Shown here: one piece after another, positions 45,363-55,559 of the stretch | How the letters are laid out: each line of letters begins with the position of its first letter | Position numbering within the stretch: position 1 is the first letter of the stretch | Origin: Planctomycetota bacterium | GTDB taxonomy: Bacteria; Planctomycetota; UBA11346 | Assembly: GCA_038231435.1 (NCBI GenBank) | Contig: JBBRLJ010000014.1 | Coordinates: 1-64,000 of the forward strand | Length of the DNA stretch: 64,000 bases | Reading direction: 5' to 3' | Notes under the pieces: generated by a model | The model's database searches: none | What the model was told of the DNA's origin: nothing | The model's input: the letters and a program-made list of their open reading frames with translations, nothing else | Position numbers and translations under genes: made by a program

Positions 45363-48206
45363 CTAGGAGCGCCGACGCAGCCACAGGGCGGATCCGAGCA
45401 TCGACAGACCCATGATCAGCACGGCCAGTCCCGAACCCGTTCCACAGCCCTTGCCGCCCAGGAACTGCGGCACGAGGTTCTGCGCGAAGCCGGCGCCATG
45501 GCTCTTCAGATAGGTGCGATCATCACCAGGCGCCGGACCACCGATGCGCCACAGCGCATCGCCACGAGCATCACTAGCCGCGACCACGTACAGGGAGTTT
45601 TGATGGATCGCGTACCCTGAAGGGGCGGAGGAGCCGGGTCCGGAATAGATGTCGACCGCGAGCTGGGTGCCGGCGGCGGTCCCGTCGGTCTTCCATATCT
45701 CGGTGCCGGTCTCCTGCGTGGTCGCATTGAAATAGAGGATCCCGTCCACGACCCCGAGCGGGAAGATATTGGCTGGACCGGGGCCGGGATAGATCTCGGT
45801 GAGCATGGAGGTGCCAGCGGCGGTGCCGTCGCTGAGCCACAATTCCTCCCCGTGGATTGCATCGGTCGCGAGGAACGCCACGCCGGGTCCGAAGGGGACG
45901 ATCCTCTGGATGTTGGGCGAGCCCGAGCCTGGGATGATATCCTTCACCATCGATGTTCCGGCCAAGGTCCCGTCGCTCGTCCAGAGCTCGGCGCCACGCG
46001 TGCCGTCATCCGCCGTGAAATACAGCCTGGAGCCTACCGCGGTGAGATGCTGTGGATTGGAGGACAGCACGAACGGCGCGATATCCTCGACCAGGACCGT
46101 TCCGACATCGGTGCCATCGCTCTTGTAGAGTTCGCTGCCGATCGAACCGTCGTCGACGGACAGGAAGAGCGTGTTCCCGACCACGGCGGTCTCGCCGATC
46201 ACGCTGGAGGCGCCCCCACCGGTGAATTGGTGCACCATGACGGTGCCGGCCGAAGTCCCGTCGCTCATCCACAGCTCGGTCCCGTTCACGCCGTCATCCG
46301 CCGTGAAATAGAGCTTTCCGGCGAAAGCCGTGAGCAGGCTGGGATTCGAGGAAGCTGCGCCGGAATTGATATCCTTCACCAGCGAGGTGCCGGTCGCGTC
46401 GTGGCGGTACAATTCGATGCCGCTCCCAGGCACGAAGGCGGTGAAGAACAGCGTCGAACCGACCACGGTCAGGTTGTCGGGGAATGACGAAGGCGTGCCG
46501 GGGCGCAGGTCCACCACCAACGCCGCGCTGTTGCCGTCGGTCGACCACAGCTCGCGGCCATGGATCGGATCCGCGGCGACGAAGCAGACCTCTGATCCGA
46601 CCTGGCTGAATTGCGTCGGATTGCTGCCGGAAACGCCAGGAGACACGTCGGCGATCATGCGCGAGGTACGCGGCGATCCCCCGCTGATCCACGGCTCTGG
46701 ACCGTGCACGCCATCGTCGGCGGAATACAGCAGGCCGAGGCTGGTCGAGGCGAGGTTGCTGATCATCGAGCTGCGGGGAACGGGATCGATGTCGACCAGC
46801 CGCATGGTGCCTGCCGTGGTTCCATCGGTGATCCAGGGCTCGCTCCCGTGCGTGTCGTAGCCGCGGAAGACTACCGTCTGCGACGTGAGCTGCGTGAATT
46901 TCGAGGTCGAGCTGTCGACGCCATCGCCACTGCCAGGCACGAGATCGGTGATGCGCGCGGTGGAGGTGATACTGGTGGCTCCGTAGAGCTCGCGTCCGTG
47001 AATGCCGTCGTCGGCCGAGAAGATCAGCGGATTGGTTCCACCCATCCACACCGGGAATGAGGATCCGGAGAGATTGATGTCCGCAAGCAATGCGATGGTG
47101 GGGCCGGCGCCGACGAACGGCTCGATTCCGTGTACGCCATCATCAGCGGCGAAGCCGATGGCTCCACCTCCCGCAAGACTGGTGAATCCCGACGGATTCG
47201 ACGAGGCTACACCGGTCCGGAGATCGCTGTACAAGAGCGTGCCCGCGCTGGTCAGGTTGCTCACCCACAGCTCGCGGCCCGCGACACTGTCATCGGCGGA
47301 GAACACCAGCGAGCTGCCGAAGGAGAGCAGGCTCATGGGCGTGGCATCCGCTGGTCCTGGGTTGATATCCTTGACCAGGACCGTCCCGCCCGAGGTGCCG
47401 TCGCTGGTCCACAGCTCGCGCCCCGTCCCGGTGCCGGTGGCGACGAACGCCAAGACGCCACTCTGGGAAGTCAGATCGCTCGGATCGCTCGAGCCGATGC
47501 CGGCCACGATGTCCTTCACCATGACGGTGCCCGCCAGGGTGCCGTCGCTCTTCCACAGCTCGAAGCCCTCGCTGGGAGTGAAGGCGCGGAAGAACAGGGT
47601 GCTTCCAACGATGCACGGCCATTGGATCTGGCTATCCGACGACCCCGGATCGATGTCCTTGACCATCACGGTGCCGGCGGCGGTGCCGTCGCTCTTCCAC
47701 AGTTCGAACCCAGCCGCCGAGGTCTCGGCGACCAGGAACATGATCGAACCGGTGCCGCCGACCACGATTGGGCTCTGCTTGTCCATGTCCGAGAAGTATG
47801 GAAATGTCTTCACCAGGGCGGTGCCCGCCGCGGTGCCATCGCTGCGGTACAGGCCGGACACCCCGCTCACCGAGGCCGCGAAATACAACGTGCCGCCCAG
47901 CTGATGCAGGTAGCGCGGGAACGAACCGATGCTTCCGGGCTCGAGATCGACGACCATCGTCGTGCCGGCCGGGGTCCCGTCGGTGCGCCACAGCTCGGTC
48001 CCATGCGCGGGGTCCTCGGCGGTGAAGTAGGCGACCCCGCTGCCGGCATAGGTGAATTGATCGGGCGACGAGCCCTCGCTGGTATCGGCGAGATCGTTCG
48101 GATCTGAGACCAGGTATGCGGTCTCCGCCTGCAGGACGGAGCTGGTCGCGATGACGGCCAAGATCGCCAGCACGCCACGCAATCCGCCAAAACGATTCGC
48201 ATCCAT
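45363..48206 (-). CDS. Secreted ELWxxDGT-repeat protein with Cys-containing C-terminal anchor
   Basis: Signal peptide; many G.ELW.SDGT..GT..V.DI.PG repeats; tail GKGCGTGSGLAVLIMGLSMLGSALWLRRRS. Confidence 0.92.
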   Translation of the reverse strand: MDANRFGGLRGVLAILAVIATSSVLQAETAYLVSDPNDLADTSEGSSPDQFTYAGSGVAYFTAEDPAHGTELWRTDGTPAGTTMVVDLEPGSIGSFPRYLHQLGGTLYFAASVSGVSGLYRSDGTAAGTALVKTFPYFSDMDKQSPIVVGGTGSIMFLVAETSAAGFELWKSDGTAAGTVMVKDIDPGSSDSQIQWPCIVGSTLFFRAFTPSEGFELWKSDGTLAGTVMVKDIVAGIGSSDPSDLTSQSGVLAFVATGTGTGRELWTSDGTSGGTVLVKDINPGPADATPMSLLSFGSSLVFSADDSVAGRELWVSNLTSAGTLLYSDLRTGVASSNPSGFTSLAGGGAIGFAADDGVHGIEPFVGAGPTIALLADINLSGSSFPVWMGGTNPLIFSADDGIHGRELYGATSITSTARITDLVPGSGDGVDSSTSKFTQLTSQTVVFRGYDTHGSEPWITDGTTAGTMRLVDIDPVPRSSMISNLASTSLGLLYSADDGVHGPEPWISGGSPRTSRMIADVSPGVSGSNPTQFSQVGSEVCFVAADPIHGRELWSTDGNSAALVVDLRPGTPSSFPDNLTVVGSTLFFTAFVPGSGIELYRHDATGTSLVKDINSGAASSNPSLLTAFAGKLYFTADDGVNGTELWMSDGTSAGTVMVHQFTGGGASSVIGETAVVGNTLFLSVDDGSIGSELYKSDGTDVGTVLVEDIAPFVLSSNPQHLTAVGSRLYFTADDGTRGAELWTSDGTLAGTSMVKDIIPGSGSPNIQRIVPFGPGVAFLATDAIHGEELWLSDGTAAGTSMLTEIYPGPGPANIFPLGVVDGILYFNATTQETGTEIWKTDGTAAGTQLAVDIYSGPGSSAPSGYAIHQNSLYVVAASDARGDALWRIGGPAPGDDRTYLKSHGAGFAQNLVPQFLGGKGCGTGSGLAVLIMGLSMLGSALWLRRRS

Positions 48207-48540
48207 GGGAACCTCCGAGCAAGGCACAATTGGTGCATGAGAGCAGGATGCAACGCTTTAGTTCGGCAACCTTTGCAACAATCGTAGCATATTTGCTCCA
48301 CTAGCCGTCGTTCACTCGGCAACTCGGAGCGGGGACCTGGCCAAACAGATCCGCGAGTGTTTTCCGATGCAAGATCCGTGAGTGCTGCTTCGAGACTAAA
48401 TTCGAAACAAAAGAAGTTGAGCTGGAAGGAAGGCGTATCGCACAGATTCATCCTGGTTGACACATGCACCAAGCACGCGATTCGACGTCCGCTCCTGCCT
48501 GCCAATGACGGGTACTGTGGCGACTTGGAGCACCCCTCAG

Positions 48541-50358
48541 ATGCCACGAGCCCACCTCTCCATCAACATCCTGTGCTCCTCCATCCTGCTGGCGTCCGCC
48601 TCGATATGCATGACGGCGATGGCCGCGGTCCCAGCGGACTACGCCGTCGGGGTAACCGTGACCACGGTGAGCGCTCCGCCGTCGATCACCCTGGCCTGGC
48701 CAGCCTTCGCGGGCGCCACCGGGTATTCGCTCTACCGTCGCGAGTACAACGCCACGTCGACGTGGGGATCCTCGATCGCGACCCTCGCGGCCGGAGCGAC
48801 CTCGTTCACCGACGCCTCCGTGGTCGTGGGCCACCGCTACGAGTACCAGGTCAGCCGCGCCGGCACGCCCTACGGCTACGGCTATCAGCTCGCCGGCATC
48901 GACATGCCAGCGGTCGATGATCGCGGCACGGTGGTGCTGGTCGTCGACGACTCCATGTCCGCGCCGCTCGCGAGCGAACTGCAACGACTCCACGACGACC
49001 TGGTCGGAGATGGCTGGACGGTGGTGCGCTTCGACGTGTCGCGGAGCGCCCCGGTCACATCGGTCAAAGCCCTGATACGGCCCGAGTGCCTCGCGGATCC
49101 GCTGCGCACCCAGGTCTTCCTCTTCGGGCACGTGCCCGTCCCGTATTCGGGGTTGATCAATCCCGACGGACATCCCGATCACTACGGCGCCTGGCCAGCC
49201 GACGGTTATTACGCCGATCTCGACGGGGCCTATACCGATACCAGCGCCGACAACACGAGCTCGAACCCGTCGCCCGCCAGACCGGAAAACCGGAACATCC
49301 CTGGCGATGGCAAGTTCGACCAGTCTGCCCTCACCGGCACTTCGTTCGTCGGTCTCGGCCGCGTCGACCTGTCCAACATGCCGTCATTCGGCCTGAGCGA
49401 GACCGAGCTCCTGCGCCGCTACCTGGGCAAGGATCATGCCTTCAGGACCAAGGCAGTGACGGCCCAAGCTCGCGGCCTGATCGACGACAATTTCGGCGAT
49501 TTCGGCGGCGAGGCGTTTGCCCAGAGCGGCTGGCGCAACTTCGGAGAGCTGGTTGGACCTGCGAACGTCGCCTCCCTGGATTGGTTCACCACGCTCCCGA
49601 CCAACGATTACCTGCTCGCCTATGGCTGCGGCGGCGGCTGGTTCCAGGGTGCCGGAGGAGTGGGCCAGACCAGCGATTTCGCGGGCACCTCCTCGAAGGC
49701 TGTGTTCACCATGCTCTTCGGCAGCTACTTCGGCGATTGGGATGTCAGCGACAATTTCCTGCGCGCGCCGCTTGCGGGCGCAGGCATGGGCCTCACCTGC
49801 TTCTGGGCAGGCCGACCCAATTGGATCATGCACCCGATGGGGCTCGGCGAGCCCATCGGCAGTTCGGCGCGACTGCAGATGGTCTCCCCGTACGGATATC
49901 CGCCGAGCGGCTACGGAGCGGGCCAGGTGCATGTGGCGCTCATGGGGGATCCCACCCTCCGCCTGCATGTGGCGCAGCCACCCAGCGTGGTGAGCTCCTC
50001 AGTCGACGGCGCCGTGGTGCATCTCAGCTGGACCACGTCTTCCGATGCCACGCTCGGCTACCTGGTCTTCCGCTCGCCAGCCGCGAACGGACCCTTCGTC
50101 CGCGTCACCGCTACGCCGGTGTCGGGGACCAGCTTCGATGACACACCTGGCACCGGCGCCTGGTACTACCTGATCAAGGCGGTCCATCGCGAAGTCTCGA
50201 CAAGCGGCAGCTACATCGACACCAGCGTCGGTTCCGCGGCCTCTGTCACCGTGGTTCCAGCCGACGGTGGTTCGCAACAGACCAAGTGCGGAGTCGGCTC
50301 GATCGGATTCGTGCTCGCTTATCTGGGGCTGCGCGTCCTGCGTCGCCGCCGCGGCTGA
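48541..50358 (+). CDS. Secreted protein: FN3 - unknown alpha/beta domain - FN3, with Cys-containing C-terminal anchor
   Basis: Signal ending AMA; FN3-like TLAW..GYSLYR..FTD..YEYQV and LSW..GYLVFRS..YYLIKAV; tail TKCGVGSIGFVLAYLGLRVLRRRRG. Confidence 0.8.
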   Translation: MPRAHLSINILCSSILLASASICMTAMAAVPADYAVGVTVTTVSAPPSITLAWPAFAGATGYSLYRREYNATSTWGSSIATLAAGATSFTDASVVVGHRYEYQVSRAGTPYGYGYQLAGIDMPAVDDRGTVVLVVDDSMSAPLASELQRLHDDLVGDGWTVVRFDVSRSAPVTSVKALIRPECLADPLRTQVFLFGHVPVPYSGLINPDGHPDHYGAWPADGYYADLDGAYTDTSADNTSSNPSPARPENRNIPGDGKFDQSALTGTSFVGLGRVDLSNMPSFGLSETELLRRYLGKDHAFRTKAVTAQARGLIDDNFGDFGGEAFAQSGWRNFGELVGPANVASLDWFTTLPTNDYLLAYGCGGGWFQGAGGVGQTSDFAGTSSKAVFTMLFGSYFGDWDVSDNFLRAPLAGAGMGLTCFWAGRPNWIMHPMGLGEPIGSSARLQMVSPYGYPPSGYGAGQVHVALMGDPTLRLHVAQPPSVVSSSVDGAVVHLSWTTSSDATLGYLVFRSPAANGPFVRVTATPVSGTSFDDTPGTGAWYYLIKAVHREVSTSGSYIDTSVGSAASVTVVPADGGSQQTKCGVGSIGFVLAYLGLRVLRRRRG

Positions 50359-50406
50359 GCCTCGATGGAGCGCCGAGGCTGGCGCCGGGGCACTCGACCC
50401 AACTGT

Positions 50407-51333
50407 TCAGCTCGATGCAACCCGCAGGTGGCGCTCGAGGAACGCCATCGCCGCCGAGCGCATCACTGGAAGCTCGAGATGTCCGACGGGGTGCCGATCC
50501 AGGCTCCAGCACTCCGGATGGCCGAGCTCGGCGTAGTAGCGTAGGAGATCGGCGTCGACGATGTCGAGGCCAGCGACCGGCGTGAGGTCGTCATGGATTC
50601 CCGCGAGCGCCAGATGCGGGCGCGGCGCGATCAGACGGTTGATATCGGCCGTGCTGGCGTGCTTCAACAGGCCTGGCACATAATAGTACGGTCCATGGAG
50701 GGACTTGGTCGCGGCGAAAGTGTGGATATCGGTGAGGCAGCAGATGTCGACGCACGCCGCGATGCGCGGGTCGAGAGCGGCCATCCACCACGCCATGGTG
50801 CTGCCCATCGACATGCCGAGCGTGGCTAGGCGTGCGCCGTCGACATCGTCGCGGCCGAGCAGGTAGTCGACCGCGCGCAGGCTGTCGTGGCACATCATTC
50901 CCCACATGACCTGGCCGCGCCAGAGCATGTTCATGGCGATGTGCATCTCGGAGTCGGTGTGCCGTTCGCCGAAACCCCAATGATCTATCGCGAGCGCCGC
51001 CATGCCTCGACGCGTGAACTCGGCAGCGTAGGGAAGCCGCTCCTGGTAGGGAGCCGACGCGATCAGTTCGTGCTTGCCGACATCGTAGAAGCCGCCGTGG
51101 CTGTGGTTGTAGAGCACGGTCGGCCATGGCCCCGAGCCGCCCAACGGGCGCACGAACAGCGCCGGCACCAGCTCGATGCCGTTGAGATCGAGACGCAGGC
51201 GCTCGAGACGATATCCATCCTGGACGCTCGTCGATAGCACCTCGCAACGCGGAATGCCGCGCTCGGTGGGGCGATCGCCGAGCAGCGACCACAAGCGCGC
51301 GCGCTGCTCGACGTGGCTGACGGGTTCGATCAT
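50407..51333 (-). CDS. Alpha/beta hydrolase (dienelactone hydrolase / esterase-like)
   Basis: HSHGG, nucleophile elbow GMSMGS, LIAPRP, Asp in HDDLTP, His in VGH. Confidence 0.88.
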   Translation of the reverse strand: MIEPVSHVEQRARLWSLLGDRPTERGIPRCEVLSTSVQDGYRLERLRLDLNGIELVPALFVRPLGGSGPWPTVLYNHSHGGFYDVGKHELIASAPYQERLPYAAEFTRRGMAALAIDHWGFGERHTDSEMHIAMNMLWRGQVMWGMMCHDSLRAVDYLLGRDDVDGARLATLGMSMGSTMAWWMAALDPRIAACVDICCLTDIHTFAATKSLHGPYYYVPGLLKHASTADINRLIAPRPHLALAGIHDDLTPVAGLDIVDADLLRYYAELGHPECWSLDRHPVGHLELPVMRSAAMAFLERHLRVASS

Positions 51334-51580
51334 CGTGATGACATCGCTCGCGGGCCGTATCCACGCCGCGAATGCACGACTCCGCCGGTTCGCGGCGGGT
51401 CGAGAGTTCCGATCTCGCGCCCACGGATCTGCAGCCCAGTGGCAATCGCCGTCATCGCATGTTCCCCGCCCGATCCGGGCTCGAGTCGACCGTATGGGAC
51501 GGACGTAGACGAACCAGCTCGGATCAGCCGGACGACACCTGGCAGCGGCTCGCGGCCCGGTTACGAATCACCAGGCACCG

Positions 51581-52267
51581 ATGTCGATCACGACCATCAA
51601 AAGCACCCTCGCACGCTGGTTCCCCCGCCCGTACCGCGCGTTGGCCGCGCTGCGCGCTCGCTTCATCACCAGGCGCAGCCGGTTCTCGCGCATGTATCAC
51701 GAGAATGCTTGGAACGATTCCGAGTCGCGTTCCGGGCGTGGATCCCGCCTCGACGAGACGCGCTCCTTGCGCGCGGCCCTACCCGGACTGCTCGTTGAAC
51801 TGCGGGTGCGATCGATGCTCGACGCGCCATGTGGTGATTTGAACTGGATGAGTCAGGTCGACCTCGGCGGCATCGAGTACATCGGGGCCGACATCGTCCC
51901 TGAACTGATAACCGACAATAGACTCCGCTTCGCGAGCCCGACTCGCGGCTTCCGCGTGCTCGACCTGGTCGCCTCGACCCTGCCACGCGTCGACCTGGTG
52001 TTGTGCCGGGACTGCCTCGTTCATCTGTCACATGCCGAGATCTCGCGAGTGCTGCGCAACATCATAGCGAGCGGGGCGCGATACCTGCTGACCACAACCT
52101 TCATCGAGGTGCGCACGAACGAGGACATCGCCACCGGCGGGTGGCGCCGCATCGATCTCCGGCTGCCCCCCTTCTCGTGGCCCGAGCCCAGACTCCTCAT
52201 CGCGGAAGGCTCGAGCGAACAAGCCGACAAACGTCTCGGACTCTGGGATCTGGATAACCTGCGCTGA
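51581..52267 (+). CDS. Class I SAM-dependent methyltransferase
   Basis: SRSGRGS, LDAPCGD, YIGADIV, DLVLCRDCLVHL. Confidence 0.85.
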   Translation: MSITTIKSTLARWFPRPYRALAALRARFITRRSRFSRMYHENAWNDSESRSGRGSRLDETRSLRAALPGLLVELRVRSMLDAPCGDLNWMSQVDLGGIEYIGADIVPELITDNRLRFASPTRGFRVLDLVASTLPRVDLVLCRDCLVHLSHAEISRVLRNIIASGARYLLTTTFIEVRTNEDIATGGWRRIDLRLPPFSWPEPRLLIAEGSSEQADKRLGLWDLDNLR

Positions 52268-52374
52268 CACCGCCCCTCTGTACGAGGCGAGACATCCGCA
52301 CGGAACGTCTACCCATGACCCACGCACAGGCTCCTTGCCCATTCCCTACTCGCATCCCCCTCTATCCTGTCGCG

Positions 52375-53337
52375 ATGCATATCGTCACCGGCGGGGCCGG
52401 CTTCATCGGCAGCAACATCGTCAAGGGTCTCAACGCACGCGGAGTCACCGACATCCTGGTGGTCGATGATCTCACGCAGGGTGACAAGCACCGCAATCTC
52501 GATGGCCTGTCGTTCTCGGACGTCCTGGATTTCCGTGATTTCCGCACCCGCTTGCCCGCTTTCGGCGGGGTCGAGGCGATCCTGCACCAGGGCGCCTGCT
52601 CCGATACCATGCAAGGCGATGGGCGCTACATGCTCGACGTCAATTACGAGTACAGCAAGGAACTGCTCGCCTACGCCCTCGCCAAGCGCGTGCCGTTCCT
52701 CTACGCATCCTCGGCCAGCGTCTATGGCGACGGTACCGCCGGCTTCCGCGAGGATCCGGCCTGCGAGCGCCCGCTGAACGTCTACGCCTTCTCCAAGCTG
52801 CTCTTCGACCGCTGGGTGCGCAAGCACGCCTCGCGACCGTCCTCGCCGGTGATCGGGCTGCGCTACTTCAACGTCTTCGGACCGCGCGAATGGCACAAGG
52901 GGCGCATGGCCTCGGTGGTGTTCCATTTCCACAACCAGGTGGCGGCCGGTGGCGCGCTGAAATTGTTCGCGGGCAGCGAGGGCTTCCGCCGCGACTTCAT
53001 CTTCGTCGACGACGTGGTCGACGTGAACCTGCACTTCCTGGCGACTCCGCCCTTGCCGACGAAGAACGGCCGCGCGGACATCCTCAATTGCGGGACCGGC
53101 GCGGCGCGCTCCTTCCAGGATCTCGCCGCCATCGTCGCGCGCGAACGCGCCGGCGCGCGCATCGAGTCGGTGCCGTTCCCGGCCGCCCTGCACGGCAAGT
53201 ACCAGGCGTTCACCCAGGCGGATCTGGCGCGCCTGCGTGACGCCGGCTACACCAAGCCCTTCACCTCGCTTGAGGACGGCGTGAGCTCGTATCTGCGCGC
53301 GCTCGCCTTCGGCGGCCTGGGAGTCGCCGCGCCGTGA
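52375..53337 (+). CDS. hldD: ADP-L-glycero-D-manno-heptose 6-epimerase
   Basis: IVTGGAGFIGSN, HQGACSDT, YASSASVYG, PLNVYAFSK, HKGRMASV, KYQAFTQAD. Confidence 0.95.
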   Translation: MHIVTGGAGFIGSNIVKGLNARGVTDILVVDDLTQGDKHRNLDGLSFSDVLDFRDFRTRLPAFGGVEAILHQGACSDTMQGDGRYMLDVNYEYSKELLAYALAKRVPFLYASSASVYGDGTAGFREDPACERPLNVYAFSKLLFDRWVRKHASRPSSPVIGLRYFNVFGPREWHKGRMASVVFHFHNQVAAGGALKLFAGSEGFRRDFIFVDDVVDVNLHFLATPPLPTKNGRADILNCGTGAARSFQDLAAIVARERAGARIESVPFPAALHGKYQAFTQADLARLRDAGYTKPFTSLEDGVSSYLRALAFGGLGVAAP

Positions 53338-53392
53338 GCCGCCGCATCAGCAGCCTTCTCCACGACCGGCGTGGGCCCGGATCGGCGCCCGC

Positions 53393-53935
53393 ATGACCCA
53401 GGTCATCATCCTCGATCGCGACGGCACCATCAACGTCGATCGCCCCGACTATGTGAAGGAGCTCTCCGAGCTGGTGATCATCCCGGGCGCCGGCGAAGCC
53501 ATCGCGCGCCTCTGCCGCGTTGGCTACAGCGTGCTGGTGTGCACCAACCAGTCCTGCGTCGGCAAGGGCCTGATCACCAGCGAACGCCTCGCCGAGATCA
53601 ACAACGAGCTCGAGCGCCGGCTCGCCGCGGTCGGCGCGCGCATCGCGCGCTTCTACGTCTGCCCCCATGTCGACTCTGACCTGTGCACCTGCCGCAAACC
53701 GCTCCCCGGGCTCGCCGAAACCGCGCGCCGCGATTGGGGTTTCGATCCTGCCATCACCTGGGCGATCGGCGATGCCACGCGCGACGCGCGGATGGCGCGC
53801 GGCGCCGGCTGCAAACCGGCCTTGGTGTTGACCGGGAAGGGCGAGACATCCCGCCTCGAGATCCCGGAGGTCCCGGCCTTCAAGGATCTGGGAGCGTTCG
53901 TGGACATGGTGGTGGCTCAACCCGGGATCGGCTGA
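53393..53935 (+). CDS. gmhB: D-glycero-D-manno-heptose 1,7-bisphosphate phosphatase
   Basis: LDRDGTIN, TNQS, CPH....CTCRKP.PG, IGD...D; sits between hldD and hldE. Confidence 0.92.
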   Translation: MTQVIILDRDGTINVDRPDYVKELSELVIIPGAGEAIARLCRVGYSVLVCTNQSCVGKGLITSERLAEINNELERRLAAVGARIARFYVCPHVDSDLCTCRKPLPGLAETARRDWGFDPAITWAIGDATRDARMARGAGCKPALVLTGKGETSRLEIPEVPAFKDLGAFVDMVVAQPGIG

Positions 53936-54089
53936 GTGTTAACGGGCGTGCGGCGTACGACGTGCGGTGTGCGGCGATGGATACCCGGGTGAATGTGCGT
54001 CTTTTCTCGAGTACATCCCTCACCGTCCCGCCTCGCGCCACCCGCACGTCTCATCTTTCCCTACCCGCTCAGAGAGGCATACTGTCGCC

Positions 54090-55559
54090 ATGTTCGCCGC
54101 ACCCGATCTGATCCTGCGGCTGCTCGACTCGCGCTTCGAGCGGCGGACCTGCCTGGTGATCGGCGACGTGATGCTCGACCGCTACCTGTGGGGCGAGGTC
54201 AGCCGCATCTCACCCGAGGCCCCGGTGCCGGTGCTGCGGGTGAAACGGCATAGCGTGAACCTGGGCGGCGCGGGCAACGTCGCGCGCAACCTCGCCGAGC
54301 TTGGGCTGTTCGCCACCCTCATCGGCGTGGTCGGCGACGATGTCGAGGCATCGCTGCTGCGCCAGACCTGCGCTGGCGGCGGCATGGATCTGTCATCGCT
54401 GCATGTCATATCCGGTCGCCCGACCATCACCAAGACGCGCATCGTCGGCGCGCACCAGCAGATGCTGCGCCTGGATGTCGAGGATACCTCGCCCCTGCCC
54501 GGCTCGGCCGAGGAGGCGATCATCGTGGCGGCCGAGGCGCGCATCGCCGGCGGCGCGGCAGCGGTGTTCCTCTCGGATTACGGCAAGGGCGTGGTCAGCG
54601 AGCGCGTCGCGCGCGCGGTGATCATGGCCGCCCAGGCGCGCCACGTGCCGGTGCTGGTGGACCCCAAGGGGGTCGACTACGCGAAGTACGCCGGCGCCAC
54701 CACCGTGACCCCCAACCTGAGCGAGCTCGCCGCCGCCACCGCGGTCGATCGCGAGGATCTCGACAAGCTGATCGCCGCCGGCGGGGAGATGCGCAAGCGG
54801 CTCGGGCTCGATTTCCTCACCTTCACCCGCGGCGAGCACGGCATCACCGTGATCGAGGCTGACCACGTCACCCACATCCCGGCGCAGGCGCAGGACGTGT
54901 TCGACGTCTCAGGCGCCGGCGACAGTTGCATCGCGGTCCTAGGTGCCTGCCTGGCGTGCGGCGTGCATCCGGTCGACGCCACGCGCCTGGCGAATCTCGC
55001 CGGCGGCATCGTCGTCGGCAAGGTCGGCACCGTGCCGGTCACCCTGGCCGAGCTGCGCGACCGCACCATGGCCGCGCCCGAGATCGGCTATGCCGGCAAG
55101 GTGCGGACGCGCGAGCAGGCCGCGATCGCCTGCGAGGCCTGGCGCCGACGCGGCCAGAAGGTCGTGTTCACCAATGGCTGCTTCGACATCCTGCACGCCG
55201 GCCACGTGCACATGCTCGAGGAGGCCCGCCGTGCCGGCGATCGCCTGGTGGTGGGCCTGAACGCCGACGATTCGGTGCGCCGGCTCAAAGGCGAGAATCG
55301 TCCGGTGAACAATCAGGCAGACCGCGCGAGTCTGCTCGCCGCGCTGGCCTCGGTGGATGCGGTGGTGGTGTTCGGCGAGGATACGCCGCTCGAGTTGATC
55401 AAGACGCTCAAGCCCGATGCCCTGGTGAAGGGCGCTGACTACAGCGAAGACCAGATCGTCGGGGCCGCCGAGGTCCGGTCGTGGGGCGGCACGATCGTGC
55501 GGGCGCAGCTGCTCGAGGGACGGTCGACGACGGGGACGATCGGGAAGATGAAGGGATAG
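54090..55559 (+). CDS. hldE: Bifunctional heptose-7-phosphate kinase / heptose-1-phosphate adenylyltransferase
   Basis: GDVMLDRY, RISPEAPVPV, DVSGAGD; FTNGCFDILHAGH, RRLKGENRPVN, KGADY. Confidence 0.95.
   Translation: MFAAPDLILRLLDSRFERRTCLVIGDVMLDRYLWGEVSRISPEAPVPVLRVKRHSVNLGGAGNVARNLAELGLFATLIGVVGDDVEASLLRQTCAGGGMDLSSLHVISGRPTITKTRIVGAHQQMLRLDVEDTSPLPGSAEEAIIVAAEARIAGGAAAVFLSDYGKGVVSERVARAVIMAAQARHVPVLVDPKGVDYAKYAGATTVTPNLSELAAATAVDREDLDKLIAAGGEMRKRLGLDFLTFTRGEHGITVIEADHVTHIPAQAQDVFDVSGAGDSCIAVLGACLACGVHPVDATRLANLAGGIVVGKVGTVPVTLAELRDRTMAAPEIGYAGKVRTREQAAIACEAWRRRGQKVVFTNGCFDILHAGHVHMLEEARRAGDRLVVGLNADDSVRRLKGENRPVNNQADRASLLAALASVDAVVVFGEDTPLELIKTLKPDALVKGADYSEDQIVGAAEVRSWGGTIVRAQLLEGRSTTGTIGKMKG

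Noticed and set aside
45600..48050. Recurring DNA repeats such as CCGTCGCTCTTCCACAG
   Set aside because: Fully explained by the ELWxxDGT protein repeats.
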